Positions 1-8,878 of a DNA stretch of 54,803 nucleotides are shown here, one piece after another (position 1 is the first letter of the stretch; every line of letters begins with the position of its first letter). The notes beneath the pieces were generated by a model, which was not told the DNA's origin, made no database searches, and worked only from the letters and a program-made list of their open reading frames with translations. Source of the stretch: Candidatus Rokuibacteriota bacterium (GTDB lineage Bacteria; Methylomirabilota; Methylomirabilia; Rokubacteriales; CSP1-6); the NCBI GenBank assembly GCA_003220335.1, contig QHSB01000085.1, positions 1 to 54,803 of the forward strand, in the 5' to 3' direction. The position numbers and the translations under genes are program-made.

Positions 1-1035
1 GAGGTTCACCACCTGCGCGACCTTCACGCCGGCCGCCGGCTCGAACTCGTAGGAGGTGATGATCGGGCCGGGGCTCACCTGCACGATGCGGCCGTCGACC
101 TCGAAGTCGGCGAGCTTGCGCCGGAGGATCTCGGCGTTGTCCTGCAGCTCCTCGCGCGTGCGCTTGAGCTCGGTGGCCGACGGCGCCTGGAGCAGGCCGA
201 CCGGCGGCAGCTGGAACGCCTCGGCGCCATGCTTGCCGAAGTCGAACGTCTCCTGCCACGACAGGCCCTTCTCCATCAGCGTGCTGTTGGCTCGCGCGGG
301 CTCCACGATCGTGGGCAGCGTCGGCTCCGCCGCCTCCATCGAGGCCTCGGCGATGATCGGCATCGCCGCATCGCCCTTCGCCCCCGGGGCCGGCCGCGCG
401 GCCGCCTGGCGCTTCCTGAGACGCGCCAGGCGCGCGCTCACCAGTCGCGTGACCGCGGCGTACGAGATCTGGGTGACGAGGAGCGCGCCGACGGGCACGG
501 CGGTCAGCAGCAGCAGCCAAGCGCCGGCGTTGCCGATCGTCGCGTGCAGCGCGGCCGCGGCCGCCCAGCCGGTGAAGCCGCCGGCCGGCACGATGCCGCC
601 GTGGGTGACGCGGGCGGCGGCGAACGCGTCGGTCGCCTGCTGCAGCAGGCCCGTCGCCGCGAGCAGGAGGACAAGCAACCCGGCGATCGGGGTCCAGCCG
701 CGCGCCGCCAGCGGGCGCACGAACGCGGAGACGCCCCACACGCCGGCGGCCAGCGGGAACAGGAACGCGGCGTAACCGAACGACCGGAAGCAAGCCCACG
801 CGAGCCAGATCCCGACCGGACCGACCATGGAGGACTGCTCGCCGGGCGCCACCGCCGGATCGAAGACGGCGAGGGCGATCAGGGCAAACACGCCCGCCGT
901 CAGCGCGACGATTCCCTGCACCTCGCGCACCCAGCGGCGCGGCGCCGCCCTCTTGCGTGCGCGCCGCCGTGGTGGCGGCGACGCCTCGGGTGCTCTCAGC
1001 TCCGACCTCACGTCCGCGGACACGCTGGCGGGCAT
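1..1035 (-). CDS. ftsK: DNA translocase FtsK, N-terminal part (gene runs off the left edge)
   Basis: Not in the ORF track (no stop inside the window). I translated the minus strand in the frame ending at nt 1. It is stop-free from ATG 1035-1033 (MPASVSADVRSEL...). It then shows several hydrophobic helices, an Ala/Pro-rich linker and ...ELKRTREELQDNAEILRRKLADFEVDGRIVQVSPGPIITSYEFEPAAGVKVAQVVNL, the conserved FtsK/SpoIIIE segment preceding the motor. The start shares one nt with the rnj stop (TGATG). Confidence 0.8.
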   Translation of the reverse strand, partial: MPASVSADVRSELRAPEASPPPRRRARKRAAPRRWVREVQGIVALTAGVFALIALAVFDPAVAPGEQSSMVGPVGIWLAWACFRSFGYAAFLFPLAAGVWGVSAFVRPLAARGWTPIAGLLVLLLAATGLLQQATDAFAAARVTHGGIVPAGGFTGWAAAAALHATIGNAGAWLLLLTAVPVGALLVTQISYAAVTRLVSARLARLRKRQAAARPAPGAKGDAAMPIIAEASMEAAEPTLPTIVEPARANSTLMEKGLSWQETFDFGKHGAEAFQLPPVGLLQAPSATELKRTREELQDNAEILRRKLADFEVDGRIVQVSPGPIITSYEFEPAAGVKVAQVVNL

Positions 1036-2690
1036 CAGACCTCCAGGATGATAGGCAGCACGATGGGCTTTCGCTGGACCCGCTGGTTGACGAACTGGCG
1101 CACCGCGGTGCGCACGCGGGCGGCGACCGCGTCGCGATCCCACGGCTCGGCGGGGTCGCGGGCGGCCAGCGCGGCGCGCACCGCCGCTCTCATCTCCTCC
1201 AGCAGGACCTCGTTCTCCTTGACGTAGACGACGCCGCGCGAGGCGATCTCCGGGCCGGCGACGACCGCGCCGCTCTTGTCGAACGTGAGCGCGACGGCGA
1301 TCACGCCGTCCTCGGAGAGGATCTGGCGGTCGCGCAGCACCACGGCGCCGATGTCGCCGATGCCCGTGCCGTCCACGAGCACGCGCCCGGTCGGATAGCC
1401 GGGGATCAGGCGCGCGGTCGTCGGCGTGACCTCGATGGCGGTGCCGTCCTCCACCAGCAGGACGCGGTCGGGACCGAAGCCCATTCCGGCGGCCAGCCGC
1501 GCGTGCCCGAGCAGATGGCGGTACTCGCCGTGGACGGGGACGAAGTAGCGCGGCTGCGTGAGCTTGAGCATCAGCTTCAGGTCTTCCTGGCTCGCGTGGC
1601 CGGAGACGTGGACGAAGGCGTTGTCCTCGTAGAGCACCTCGGCCCCCAGGCGGTAGAGCGCGTTGATCACTCGCCCGACCGTGCGCTCGTGGCCGGGAAT
1701 CACGCGCGCCGAGATCACCACCAGGTCGCCGCGCGCGATCTGCACGTACTTGTGCTCGCCGGCGGCCATGAGCGCCAGCGCGGAGTTCGGCTCGCCCTGG
1801 CTGCCCGTCGACAGGATCACCTGGCGCTCCGGCGGCAGCGCCACCATCTCCTCGAGGGGAGCCAGCAGGCCGGACGGCACGCGGAGGTAGCCGAGCTCGG
1901 AGGCGATCGCGACGTTCTTTTCCATCGAGCGGCCGAGCAGCGCCACCCTCCGTCGCCGCGCGGCGGCCAGCGTCAGCACCTGCTGGATGCGGTGGATGTG
2001 GGAGGCGAAGGTCGCGAGGATGATCCGGCCGGTGGCGCGGTCGAAGCGCTCGGCCAGCGCGCCGCCGACCTCGATCTCCGAGCGGGTGTGGCCGGGGCGG
2101 TCGACGTTCGTGCTGTCCGAGCAGAGCACGGCCACGCCCTGCTCGCCCAGCTCCGCGAAGCGCCGCGTGTCGGCGGGCTCGCCGTCGAGCGGGCTCGGGT
2201 CGAGCTTGAAGTCGCCGGTGTGCACGATGGTGCCGGCGGGCGTGCCGATCGCCAGCCCCATGCCGTCGGCGATCGAGTGCGTGACGCGGATCGCCTCGAT
2301 GCTGAACGGCCCGAGCGTGAACGGCTCGCGCGGCCGCATGAGCCGCAGATCGGCCGGCACGGGCAGCACGTGCTCGCGCAGCTTCTCGGCGAGGAGGGCG
2401 CGCGTGAGGGGCGTGGCGTAGACGGGCACGTGCGCCGACTTCAGCAGATACGGCAGCGCGCCGATGTGGTCCTCGTGACCGTGCGTGAGCACGACGCCGT
2501 GAAAGCGCTCGCGCTTGGCGAGGGCGTACGAGAAGTCGGGGATGACGTAGTCCACGCCCGGCAGCTCGTCGTCGGGAAACATGAGGCCGCAGTCCACGGC
2601 GATGACGTCGTCGCCGGACTCGATCAGCATCATGTTCAAGCCGATCTCGCCCAGCCCGCCGAGCGGAATGAGCCGAACGGAAGGTTCCAC
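1035..2690 (-). CDS. rnj: Ribonuclease J
   Basis: 551-aa ORF with the metallo-beta-lactamase motif VLTHGHEDHIGALPYL plus beta-CASP-like and RNase J C-terminal regions. GTG start at 2690 with AAGGAG (2695-2700 on the minus strand) 4 nt upstream. Confidence 0.9.
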   Translation of the reverse strand: MEPSVRLIPLGGLGEIGLNMMLIESGDDVIAVDCGLMFPDDELPGVDYVIPDFSYALAKRERFHGVVLTHGHEDHIGALPYLLKSAHVPVYATPLTRALLAEKLREHVLPVPADLRLMRPREPFTLGPFSIEAIRVTHSIADGMGLAIGTPAGTIVHTGDFKLDPSPLDGEPADTRRFAELGEQGVAVLCSDSTNVDRPGHTRSEIEVGGALAERFDRATGRIILATFASHIHRIQQVLTLAAARRRRVALLGRSMEKNVAIASELGYLRVPSGLLAPLEEMVALPPERQVILSTGSQGEPNSALALMAAGEHKYVQIARGDLVVISARVIPGHERTVGRVINALYRLGAEVLYEDNAFVHVSGHASQEDLKLMLKLTQPRYFVPVHGEYRHLLGHARLAAGMGFGPDRVLLVEDGTAIEVTPTTARLIPGYPTGRVLVDGTGIGDIGAVVLRDRQILSEDGVIAVALTFDKSGAVVAGPEIASRGVVYVKENEVLLEEMRAAVRAALAARDPAEPWDRDAVAARVRTAVRQFVNQRVQRKPIVLPIILEV

Positions 2691-2838
2691 CGAACTCCTT
2701 TCAGGACAGCCGTTTCATCGTAGCACCCGACCTTTGCGCGCCCGAAGTTTCGCAGGCGGCGGGTCCACGCCCGCCCGGGCGGCTGCCGGTTGCGTCTCGG
2801 CGAGGCGGGCCACGCGCGTCGCGCGTGGCGTCTGACCG

Positions 2839-2868
2839 AGTATGACCCGAGTTATACTTCAGGCATAC
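2839..2868 (+). promoter_or_regulatory. Candidate operator/promoter of the toxin-antitoxin pair
   Basis: Inverted repeat AGTAT(2839-2843)-N10-ATACT(2854-2858). A third related half-site is ggcatac (2862-2868, reverse complement GTATGCC; compare GTATGAC at 2840-2846 and GTATAAC as the reverse complement of 2851-2857). TATACT (2853-2858) could serve as a -10. It lies about 20 nt upstream of the GGAGGG RBS. Autoregulation by RHH antitoxins is established; assigning this site to it is inference. Confidence 0.25.
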
Positions 2869-2885
2869 CACGACGGAGGGAAGGC

Positions 2886-3143
2886 ATGGCCAAGGCGGCG
2901 ACGAAGATCGCGATCAGCGTGCCGGACGAGCTCTATCGCGCGGTGGAGAGAGCGCGGCGCTCGACGGGCCTCAGCCGCAGCGCCGTCGTCCAGCGCGCGC
3001 TCCGTCTGTGGTTGGAGCGAAGCGTGCATGAGACCGCCGTGCGCGAATACGTCGCCGGCTATCGCGCGCGCCCGGAAGGACCTCGGGACGTCAAGGCCGC
3101 CGAGGCCGCGGCCGTGCGGTTGCTGGCCGGCGAAGACTGGTAG
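2886..3143 (+). CDS. Ribbon-helix-helix (CopG/MetJ-type) antitoxin
   Basis: Track ORF 2790-3143 trimmed to ATG 2886, which has GGAGGG (2875-2880) 5 nt upstream. MAKAATKIAISVPDELYRAVERARRSTGLSRSAVVQRALRLWL fits the RHH pattern. The stop TAG directly abuts the toxin ATG (TAGATG). Confidence 0.75.
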   Translation: MAKAATKIAISVPDELYRAVERARRSTGLSRSAVVQRALRLWLERSVHETAVREYVAGYRARPEGPRDVKAAEAAAVRLLAGEDW

Positions 3144-3473
3144 ATGCGCCGCGGTGAGGTGTGGTGGGCGGAGCTTCCCGCACCGGCGGGGCGGCGCCCC
3201 GTGCTCCTGTTGTCGCGCGACGAGGCCTACCTGGTCCGAGAGCTCGTCACCGTCGCGCCGCTGACGACGCGCGTCCGGCAGATCCCGAGCGAGGTGCCCC
3301 TCGGTCCGGGCGACGGCGTGCCGAAGACGTGCGTGGTGACCCTCGACACCATCACCACGATTCCGCGCCGGACGTTGACGGAGCGCCTGACAGCCCTCTC
3401 ACCCATCAAGCTGGCCGCGATCGATCGCGCCGTTCGCTTCTCCCTCGGTCTGGGCGAACCGGCCGCGCGCTGA
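3144..3473 (+). CDS. mazF: MazF/PemK-family endoribonuclease toxin
   Basis: 109 aa. RGEVWWAELPAPAGRRPVLLLSRD...VTVAPLTT...PSEVPL...VVTLDTITTIPRRTL matches the PemK/MazF layout. It sits immediately downstream of a small RHH gene. Confidence 0.85.
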   Translation: MRRGEVWWAELPAPAGRRPVLLLSRDEAYLVRELVTVAPLTTRVRQIPSEVPLGPGDGVPKTCVVTLDTITTIPRRTLTERLTALSPIKLAAIDRAVRFSLGLGEPAAR

Positions 3474-3509
3474 GCTCAGAGCCTGTCGGAGTATCGAGGG
3501 GTTGAGAGG

Positions 3510-3600
3510 AGCGCCACGGCTCCGCCGGGGCGCTCCGAACGCTGGGGGGTGGGGGGCCATCTCGGGGCCCCCCATAAAATTGGGGGGCCATTTCGGGGCC
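3510..3600 (-). repeat. Bipartite GC-palindromic intergenic element, copy A (inverted relative to copies C/D), plus an extra partial core
   Basis: Hairpin module agcgccacggctccgccggggcgct (3510-3534). Core ggggggccatctcggggcccccc (3551-3573) and a second degenerate core ggggggccatttcggggcc (3582-3600). The reverse complement of copy C aligns by eye over both modules and the linker. It lies in the convergent gap between mazF and the M23 peptidase gene. Confidence 0.8.
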
Positions 3601-3606
3601 TACCAT

Positions 3607-4854
3607 TTAGAACGGCGCAGCGGCCTCCAGACGGCGGACGAGCTCGCGGGCCTGGGCGGTGAAGGCGCCGCGCTCGGCGGCGGCGATCGGCTCGCCCGGG
3701 ATGAACTTCTCGCCGAGCGGGTTGACGAAGTGGCCGTTCTTCGCGACGCGATAGTCGAGATGCGGGCCGGTGGCCAGCCCGGTCGCGCCCACGTAGCCGA
3801 TCACCTGCCGCTGCGCCACGCGCCCGCCCGGACGGACGCCGGGGCCGAGCCGCGAGAGGTGGTTGTACATCGTCTCGTAGCCCGAGCGATGCTTGAGCGT
3901 CACCGAGATGCCGTTGCCGCCCGCCCAGCCCGCGGCGCCGATGCGGCCGTCGGCGACGGCGCGGACCGGCGTGCCCACGGGTGCGCCGTAATCGATGGCG
4001 AGGTGGGGCCGCACGCCGCCGAGGATCGGGTGCGGGCGCGCCCAGGTGAAGCCCGAGGTGATCCGCGTGAACTCGAGCGGCGACTTCAGGAAGCTCTTGC
4101 GCAGCGAGCGGCCCTCGGGGTCGTAGAACGCGTGACGCCCGTCGCCGGCGCGCTCGACACCGACGCCCGTCAGCACGCGGCCGTCGCTCACGTACTGCGC
4201 GACGAGGATCCGTCCGAAGTCGACGAACGTGTCGTTGGCGAAGCGCTTCTCGACCAGCAGGCGGAAGCGGTCACCCGCCCGCGTGTCGGCGGTGAAGTCG
4301 AAGTCCGACTCGAAGATCCCCGCGAGGTCGATCGCGAGCTGCGCGGCGCCGCCCGCCTCCTCCACGGCCTCGAAGAGCGAGCGCGCCACCTCGCCGTGCA
4401 CGACGTCCACGCGCACGTCGGGTCGCGTCTCGGCGCGGCGCACCTCCCAGCCACCGTCGGCGGGGATGACCGCATAGCCGAGCCACGGGCTGGGCTCATA
4501 GCGTAGCGCGACCGGGCGGCCGTCGAGCGTCCAGGTGACCTCCACGGTGTGGCGCGGCGAGAGCTTCCTGAGATTGGCGCCGCTCGCGGCCAGCGCGGCG
4601 GCGATGCCGGCGCTCGTCCCGCGCTTCATCCCCTGACGCTGCAGCGCGCGCACCAGGGTGTCGCCCCGGCGGACGTCCACCGCGCTCACGCGGGTGCTGG
4701 GCTGAGGCGGCGTGGGCGGCTCGGCGACGACGGTGGGCGACGGCGGGACCGCGGGAACGACCGGCGCGAGCGAGAGCCAGCCGCCGCGCTGCAGGGCGAC
4801 GGCGGACACCAGTTCCACGGCCAGCACGGCGAGCAACAGGTCGCGACGTCGCAT
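3607..4854 (-). CDS. M23-family peptidoglycan metalloendopeptidase, membrane anchored
   Basis: 415 aa with an N-terminal hydrophobic anchor. The C-terminal M23 domain has HLAIDYGAPVGTPVRAVADG and GYVGATGLATGPHLDYRVAKNGHFVNPL. Confidence 0.85.
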   Translation of the reverse strand: MRRRDLLLAVLAVELVSAVALQRGGWLSLAPVVPAVPPSPTVVAEPPTPPQPSTRVSAVDVRRGDTLVRALQRQGMKRGTSAGIAAALAASGANLRKLSPRHTVEVTWTLDGRPVALRYEPSPWLGYAVIPADGGWEVRRAETRPDVRVDVVHGEVARSLFEAVEEAGGAAQLAIDLAGIFESDFDFTADTRAGDRFRLLVEKRFANDTFVDFGRILVAQYVSDGRVLTGVGVERAGDGRHAFYDPEGRSLRKSFLKSPLEFTRITSGFTWARPHPILGGVRPHLAIDYGAPVGTPVRAVADGRIGAAGWAGGNGISVTLKHRSGYETMYNHLSRLGPGVRPGGRVAQRQVIGYVGATGLATGPHLDYRVAKNGHFVNPLGEKFIPGEPIAAAERGAFTAQARELVRRLEAAAPF

Positions 4855-4864
4855 CAGTTATCCA

Positions 4865-5650
4865 CTATAACCGGCGGGCGACCTCGGCAAACTCCTGAAT
4901 GCTCAAGGTTTCGGCGCGGCGCCCGGGATCGACCCCAGCGCTGGTAGCCGCGTCGCGGGTGGCCCCCACCGAAAGGCCCAGCCCGGTCGCCAGCGCGTTG
5001 GCGAGGGTCTTCCGGCGCCGGGCGAAGGCCGCCCGGACCACGGCCTCGAAGCGCTGCTCGTCCGGAAGGTCGACGCGCGGGCCCGGCAGGGGAGCCAGGC
5101 GGAGCACGGCCGACTCCACCTTCGGGGGCGGACGGAACGCGCCGGGCGGCACCCGCAGCGCCAGCTCCACGTGCCAGTGCAGCTGCACGTGCACGGAGAG
5201 GCTGCCGTAGACCTTGCTGCCGGGCGCCGCCGCCACGCGCTCGGCGACCTCGCGCTGCAGCATGAGCGCCATCGCGTCGATGGCGCGCGGCGCGCGCGTC
5301 AGCGCGGTGAGGATCGTGGTGCCGACGCTGTACGGCAGGTTGCCGACGACGAGCGCGCGCCCGCCCGCCGGCCGCGCGAGCGACGTCCAATCCCAGGCCC
5401 GCGCGTCGGCGGCGAGCACCTCGACCGCGGGAAACGCCGCGCGCACGCGCTCGACCAGCGTGCGGTCGACTTCCAGCGCCAGCACGCGGCCGGCGCGGCG
5501 TGCGAGCTCGCCGGTCAAGGCCCCCTGCCCGGGTCCGATCTCGACGGCGAGGTCGGCGGCCGTCGGCGCGACCAGATCCACGATCGCCCGCGCGATGCCT
5601 CCGTCGCGCAGGAAGTGCTGGCCGAGCGCGCGGCGCTTACCGCCCGGCAC
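4865..5650 (-). CDS. rsmA: 16S rRNA (adenine1518/1519-N6)-dimethyltransferase
   Basis: 261 aa. LGQHFLRD..., SAM motif VEIGPGQGALT and NLPYSVGT are typical of KsgA/RsmA. Confidence 0.9.
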   Translation of the reverse strand: MPGGKRRALGQHFLRDGGIARAIVDLVAPTAADLAVEIGPGQGALTGELARRAGRVLALEVDRTLVERVRAAFPAVEVLAADARAWDWTSLARPAGGRALVVGNLPYSVGTTILTALTRAPRAIDAMALMLQREVAERVAAAPGSKVYGSLSVHVQLHWHVELALRVPPGAFRPPPKVESAVLRLAPLPGPRVDLPDEQRFEAVVRAAFARRRKTLANALATGLGLSVGATRDAATSAGVDPGRRAETLSIQEFAEVARRL

Positions 5651-6278
5651 GCGCTCGCGCCGCGAGGTCGCGCACGAGGGCGGCGTGCACCTCGCGCGTG
5701 CGCGCCTCGGTGGCCGCGCGGTCGCCGGTGTTGTCGATGACGTAGTCCGCGAGCTTGGCCTTCTCGGCCAGCGGCATCTGGCTGGCGATGCGGCGCTCGC
5801 CGTCGGCGGCGTCGGCGTCGCGCGCCACCAGGCGGGCGCGCTGGATGACTTCGTCCGTGACGACGACGATGAGCCGATCCATATTCTTGTAACCGCCGGA
5901 CTCGATCATCACGGGGGCATCGAAGACGACGATCCCCTCGAAGCCCTCGCGCGTGAGCGCGTCGAGCCGCGCGTCGAACCGCGCGCGGATCGCGGGGTGC
6001 AGGATCGCCTCCAGCCGCTTGCGCCGGGAGGGCTCGGCGAAGACGATCGCGGCCAGCTTCTTCCTGTCCAGCGTCCCGTCGGGTCGGAGGACGTCACCGA
6101 ACTCCCGCACGACCTCGGCCAGCGCGGGCTCGCCCGGCGCGACGACCTCGCGCGCCAGCTGGTCGGCGTCGACGAGGACTGCGCCCAGGCGCGCCAGGAT
6201 CTCGGAGACCGTGCTCTTGCCGGTGGCGATGCCGCCGGTGAGACCGACGAGCAGGAAGCGCCGCGCGGGCGCCGTCAC
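5637..6278 (-). CDS. coaE: Dephospho-CoA kinase
   Basis: Track ORF 5637-7955 trimmed to GTG 6278, which overlaps the polA stop (GTGA). P-loop LVGLTGGIATGKST within 10 aa of that start, and the CoaE-like body ...FDAPVMIESG.... The rest of the long ORF is a shadow frame over polA. Confidence 0.85.
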   Translation of the reverse strand: MTAPARRFLLVGLTGGIATGKSTVSEILARLGAVLVDADQLAREVVAPGEPALAEVVREFGDVLRPDGTLDRKKLAAIVFAEPSRRKRLEAILHPAIRARFDARLDALTREGFEGIVVFDAPVMIESGGYKNMDRLIVVVTDEVIQRARLVARDADAADGERRIASQMPLAEKAKLADYVIDNTGDRAATEARTREVHAALVRDLAARARAGR

Positions 6279-8878
6279 ACCTGCGACCAGTCGTCGCCGG
6301 ACTTGACGTCCACCACGATCGGCACGTCGAGCGGCAGCGCCGCCTCCATGATCTCGCGCGCGAGCGCCTCCACCGCCGGCACCTCGGCGGGCGGCGCCTC
6401 GAAGAGCAGCTCGTCGTGCACCTGCAGCAGCATGCGCGCCTTCAACCCGCGCGCGACGACGGCGGCGCGGATGCGCACCATCGCGGTCTTGATCATGTCG
6501 CTCGCCGTGCCCTGCACGGGCGCGTTCATGGCCATGCGCTCGGCGGCGTTGCGCGCCACCGGGTTGCCGGAGCGCAGGTCGGGCAGGTAGCGGCGGCGGC
6601 CGAGCAGCGTCGACACGTAGCCGCGGTCGCGCCCCTCGACCAGCGTCCGGTCGATGAACGCGCGCACCCGCGGGTGCATCGCGAAATAGTCGCTGATGTA
6701 CTTCTGCGCTTCCTTCTGGTCGATCTTGGTGGCCTGCGACAGGCCGAAGGCCGAGACGCCGTACAGGATCGCGAAGTTCGCGCTCTTGGCGATCGTGCGC
6801 TGCAGCGAGGTCACCGTCTCCGGCGCCACCTTGAAGACCTCCGAGGCCGTGCGCCGGTGGATGTCCTCGCCGCGCCGGAACGACTCGATGATGGCCGGCT
6901 CCGCCGACATGTGGGCGAGGATGCGCAGCTCGATCTGCGAGTAGTCGGCGGCGACGAACTGCCAGCCCTCGGCCGGGATGAAGGCCGCACGGATCCGCCG
7001 GCCGAGCTCCGTGCGGATCGGGATGTTCATGAGGTTCGGATCCTGCGAGGACAGCCGTCCCGTCGAGGCCACCATCTGGTTGAAGGTGGTGTGGATGCGT
7101 CCGGTCTCGGGATTGACGAGCCCCGGCAGCGTGTCGGCGTACGTGCCCTTCAGCTTCGCGAGGCTGCGGTGCTCGAGGATCTTGGCGGGCAGCGCGTGAC
7201 CCAGCGCCAGCTCGGAGAGCACGTCGGCATCGGTCGAGTACCCGGTCTTTGTCCGGCGCAACGCCGGCAGCTTGAGCTTCTCGAAGAGGATCTGCGCGAG
7301 CTGCTTCGGCGAGGCGATGGTGAATTCCTCGCCGGCCAGGTTGTAGATCTCGCGCGTGAGATTGTCGAGGTTGCGCTCGAGCTCCTTGGCGAACGCCTCG
7401 AGCCGTGCGGGATCCACGCGGATACCGACGCGCTCCATCTCGGCGAGCACCGGCACCAGCGGCCGCTCGATCTCCTCGTAGATGTGCATGAGCCCGCGCT
7501 CGTCCAGGTCCTTGCGGGCGTGCTGCCAGAAACGGTGAAGCCAGCGCGCGCGATCGCCGACGGCGCGTGGCAGGTCGGCGGGGGCGACGCTGGTGAGCGC
7601 CTGCGGGCACTCGCCGAACACCTCCATGCAGACCTCGTCGAGCCGGTACGTCGCGCGCGCGGGGTTCAGCAGATAGGCGGCCACCGCCGTGTCGTCGACG
7701 GTCGGCGGCGGCGCGCCCGCGTCCATCCATGCCGCCAGCAGCGGCTTGGCGTCGTGCGCGACCAGCCGACGGCCGTCGAGCACGGGCGCGCCCGGGGGGA
7801 ACGCCGCCGGGAAGCTCGCGCGGCCCAGGGAGGCGGCGGCGGCGCCGGCGTCGGGATGAAAGAGGCCCAGCGCGTCGATGCGCGGCGCCGGCGGGCGCGG
7901 ATCGCCTGCCCAGTCGAGGGTGAGCCCGGCACCGGCGGGCACGCGCGCCGTCCACTCGGCGAGGCGCGCAGGGTCCGGCAGCACTTCCACCGGACCGGCG
8001 TCGGCCGCCGGCGGTGGCGCGGGCAGCTCCTTGACCAGGCGCGTGAACTCCATCTCCATCCAGAGCGCGCGCAGCCGCGTCCAGTCGGGCTCGACGCGGC
8101 GAAACGCCTCGAGGTCGAAGGCCAGCGGCACGCTGCGGCTGACCGTGGCCAGCTCGCGCGAGAGCAGGGCCTGCTTGCGGCCGAGCGCCAGCGTCTCGCG
8201 CAGCTTGCCGGGGATGAGCGTGAGGTTGTCGTAGAGGCGCTCGACGGAGCCGTACTGGGCGATCAGCTTCACGGCTGTCTTCTCGCCCACCCCCTTGACG
8301 CCGGGAATGTTGTCGATCGCGTCGCCCATGAGGGCCATCACGTCGGGGATCTGCGCGGGCCCCACGCCCCAGCGCTCGCGCACCTTGGCCTCGTCGTACA
8401 TGACGCGCTCACCCGTGCGCCCGAGCACGGACAGCACGCGCACGCGGGGGCCGACGAGCTGCAGCAGGTCCTTGTCGCCGGTGACGATGACGACGTCGAG
8501 GTCGGGCACGGCCAGCGCGTGCTCGACGAGGGTGGCCAGCGTGTCGTCGGCCTCGTAGCCCGACACCTCGAGGACCGGCGTCCGGAGCGCGTCGAACAGG
8601 CGGCGGACGTAGGGCAGCTGGCGCGCGAGGTCGTCCGGCATCGCCGTGCGCGTGGCCTTGTAGTCGGCGAACATCGTGTCGCGGAACGTCGGACCCGGCG
8701 GATCCAGCGCGATGCCGAGGTAGTCGGGCTGCTCCTCGCGGATGAGCTTCCAGAGCATCGTGCTCAGGATCAGCACCGCGTGGCTCGGCACGCCCTTCGA
8801 CGTCGAGAGGTAGCCGACCGCGTGGTAGGCGCGGAAGATGTGCGAGTGGCCGTCGACGACGTAGAGCGATTGGCTCAC
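6275..8878 (-). CDS. polA: DNA polymerase I
   Basis: 867 aa with a 5'-3' exonuclease N-terminus (VDGHSHIFRAYHA). Polymerase motifs DYSQIELRILAH, RTIAKSANFAILYG and QVHDELLFE. GTG start overlaps the glnE stop (GTGA). Confidence 0.95.
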   Translation of the reverse strand: MSQSLYVVDGHSHIFRAYHAVGYLSTSKGVPSHAVLILSTMLWKLIREEQPDYLGIALDPPGPTFRDTMFADYKATRTAMPDDLARQLPYVRRLFDALRTPVLEVSGYEADDTLATLVEHALAVPDLDVVIVTGDKDLLQLVGPRVRVLSVLGRTGERVMYDEAKVRERWGVGPAQIPDVMALMGDAIDNIPGVKGVGEKTAVKLIAQYGSVERLYDNLTLIPGKLRETLALGRKQALLSRELATVSRSVPLAFDLEAFRRVEPDWTRLRALWMEMEFTRLVKELPAPPPAADAGPVEVLPDPARLAEWTARVPAGAGLTLDWAGDPRPPAPRIDALGLFHPDAGAAAASLGRASFPAAFPPGAPVLDGRRLVAHDAKPLLAAWMDAGAPPPTVDDTAVAAYLLNPARATYRLDEVCMEVFGECPQALTSVAPADLPRAVGDRARWLHRFWQHARKDLDERGLMHIYEEIERPLVPVLAEMERVGIRVDPARLEAFAKELERNLDNLTREIYNLAGEEFTIASPKQLAQILFEKLKLPALRRTKTGYSTDADVLSELALGHALPAKILEHRSLAKLKGTYADTLPGLVNPETGRIHTTFNQMVASTGRLSSQDPNLMNIPIRTELGRRIRAAFIPAEGWQFVAADYSQIELRILAHMSAEPAIIESFRRGEDIHRRTASEVFKVAPETVTSLQRTIAKSANFAILYGVSAFGLSQATKIDQKEAQKYISDYFAMHPRVRAFIDRTLVEGRDRGYVSTLLGRRRYLPDLRSGNPVARNAAERMAMNAPVQGTASDMIKTAMVRIRAAVVARGLKARMLLQVHDELLFEAPPAEVPAVEALAREIMEAALPLDVPIVVDVKSGDDWSQV

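Noticed and set aside
957-2723. Long plus-strand ORFs antisense to well-supported minus-strand genes. Examples: 957-2723, 3502-4506, 6416-8896, 9160-11826, 15846-19313, 23805-25727, 25520-26974, 29293-31263, 34668-36089, 39603-41756, 43893-44900 and 52166-53557.
   Set aside because: Their products are Arg/Ala/Gly/Pro/Asp-rich low-complexity strings with no recognisable motifs. They exactly shadow genes with strong family signatures. At this GC content stop codons are rare in every frame, so ORF length carries no information.
3510-3573. The element hairpins considered as Rho-independent terminators for mazF, the M23 peptidase gene and the GT operons.
   Set aside because: The stems are strong but no U-tract follows in either orientation. 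The only AT stretch is ATAAAATT after the copy A core on the plus strand. Copies C and D sit upstream of genes inside an apparently continuous operon. Terminator function cannot be claimed from sequence.
3751-3768. The M23 peptidase has GPHLDY where many family members have an HxH motif (GPHLHF/Y).
   Set aside because: Asp could still act as a metal ligand. Without an alignment I cannot tell whether this is a common subfamily variant, so I do not call it a degenerate or inactive peptidase.
5637-7955. Very long 5' extensions of minus-strand track ORFs. Examples: 5637-7955, 12166-14391, 17838-19529, 25484-26893, 26680-29004, 30301-32091, 31065-33023, 36053-37942, 37438-39990, 41423-43555, 42538-44715, 48365-50182 and 49444-51834.
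   Set aside because: The extensions overlap the upstream gene in another frame and are low-complexity. The recognisable family N-terminus begins at an internal ATG/GTG/TTG that coincides with the upstream stop. I trimmed them accordingly.
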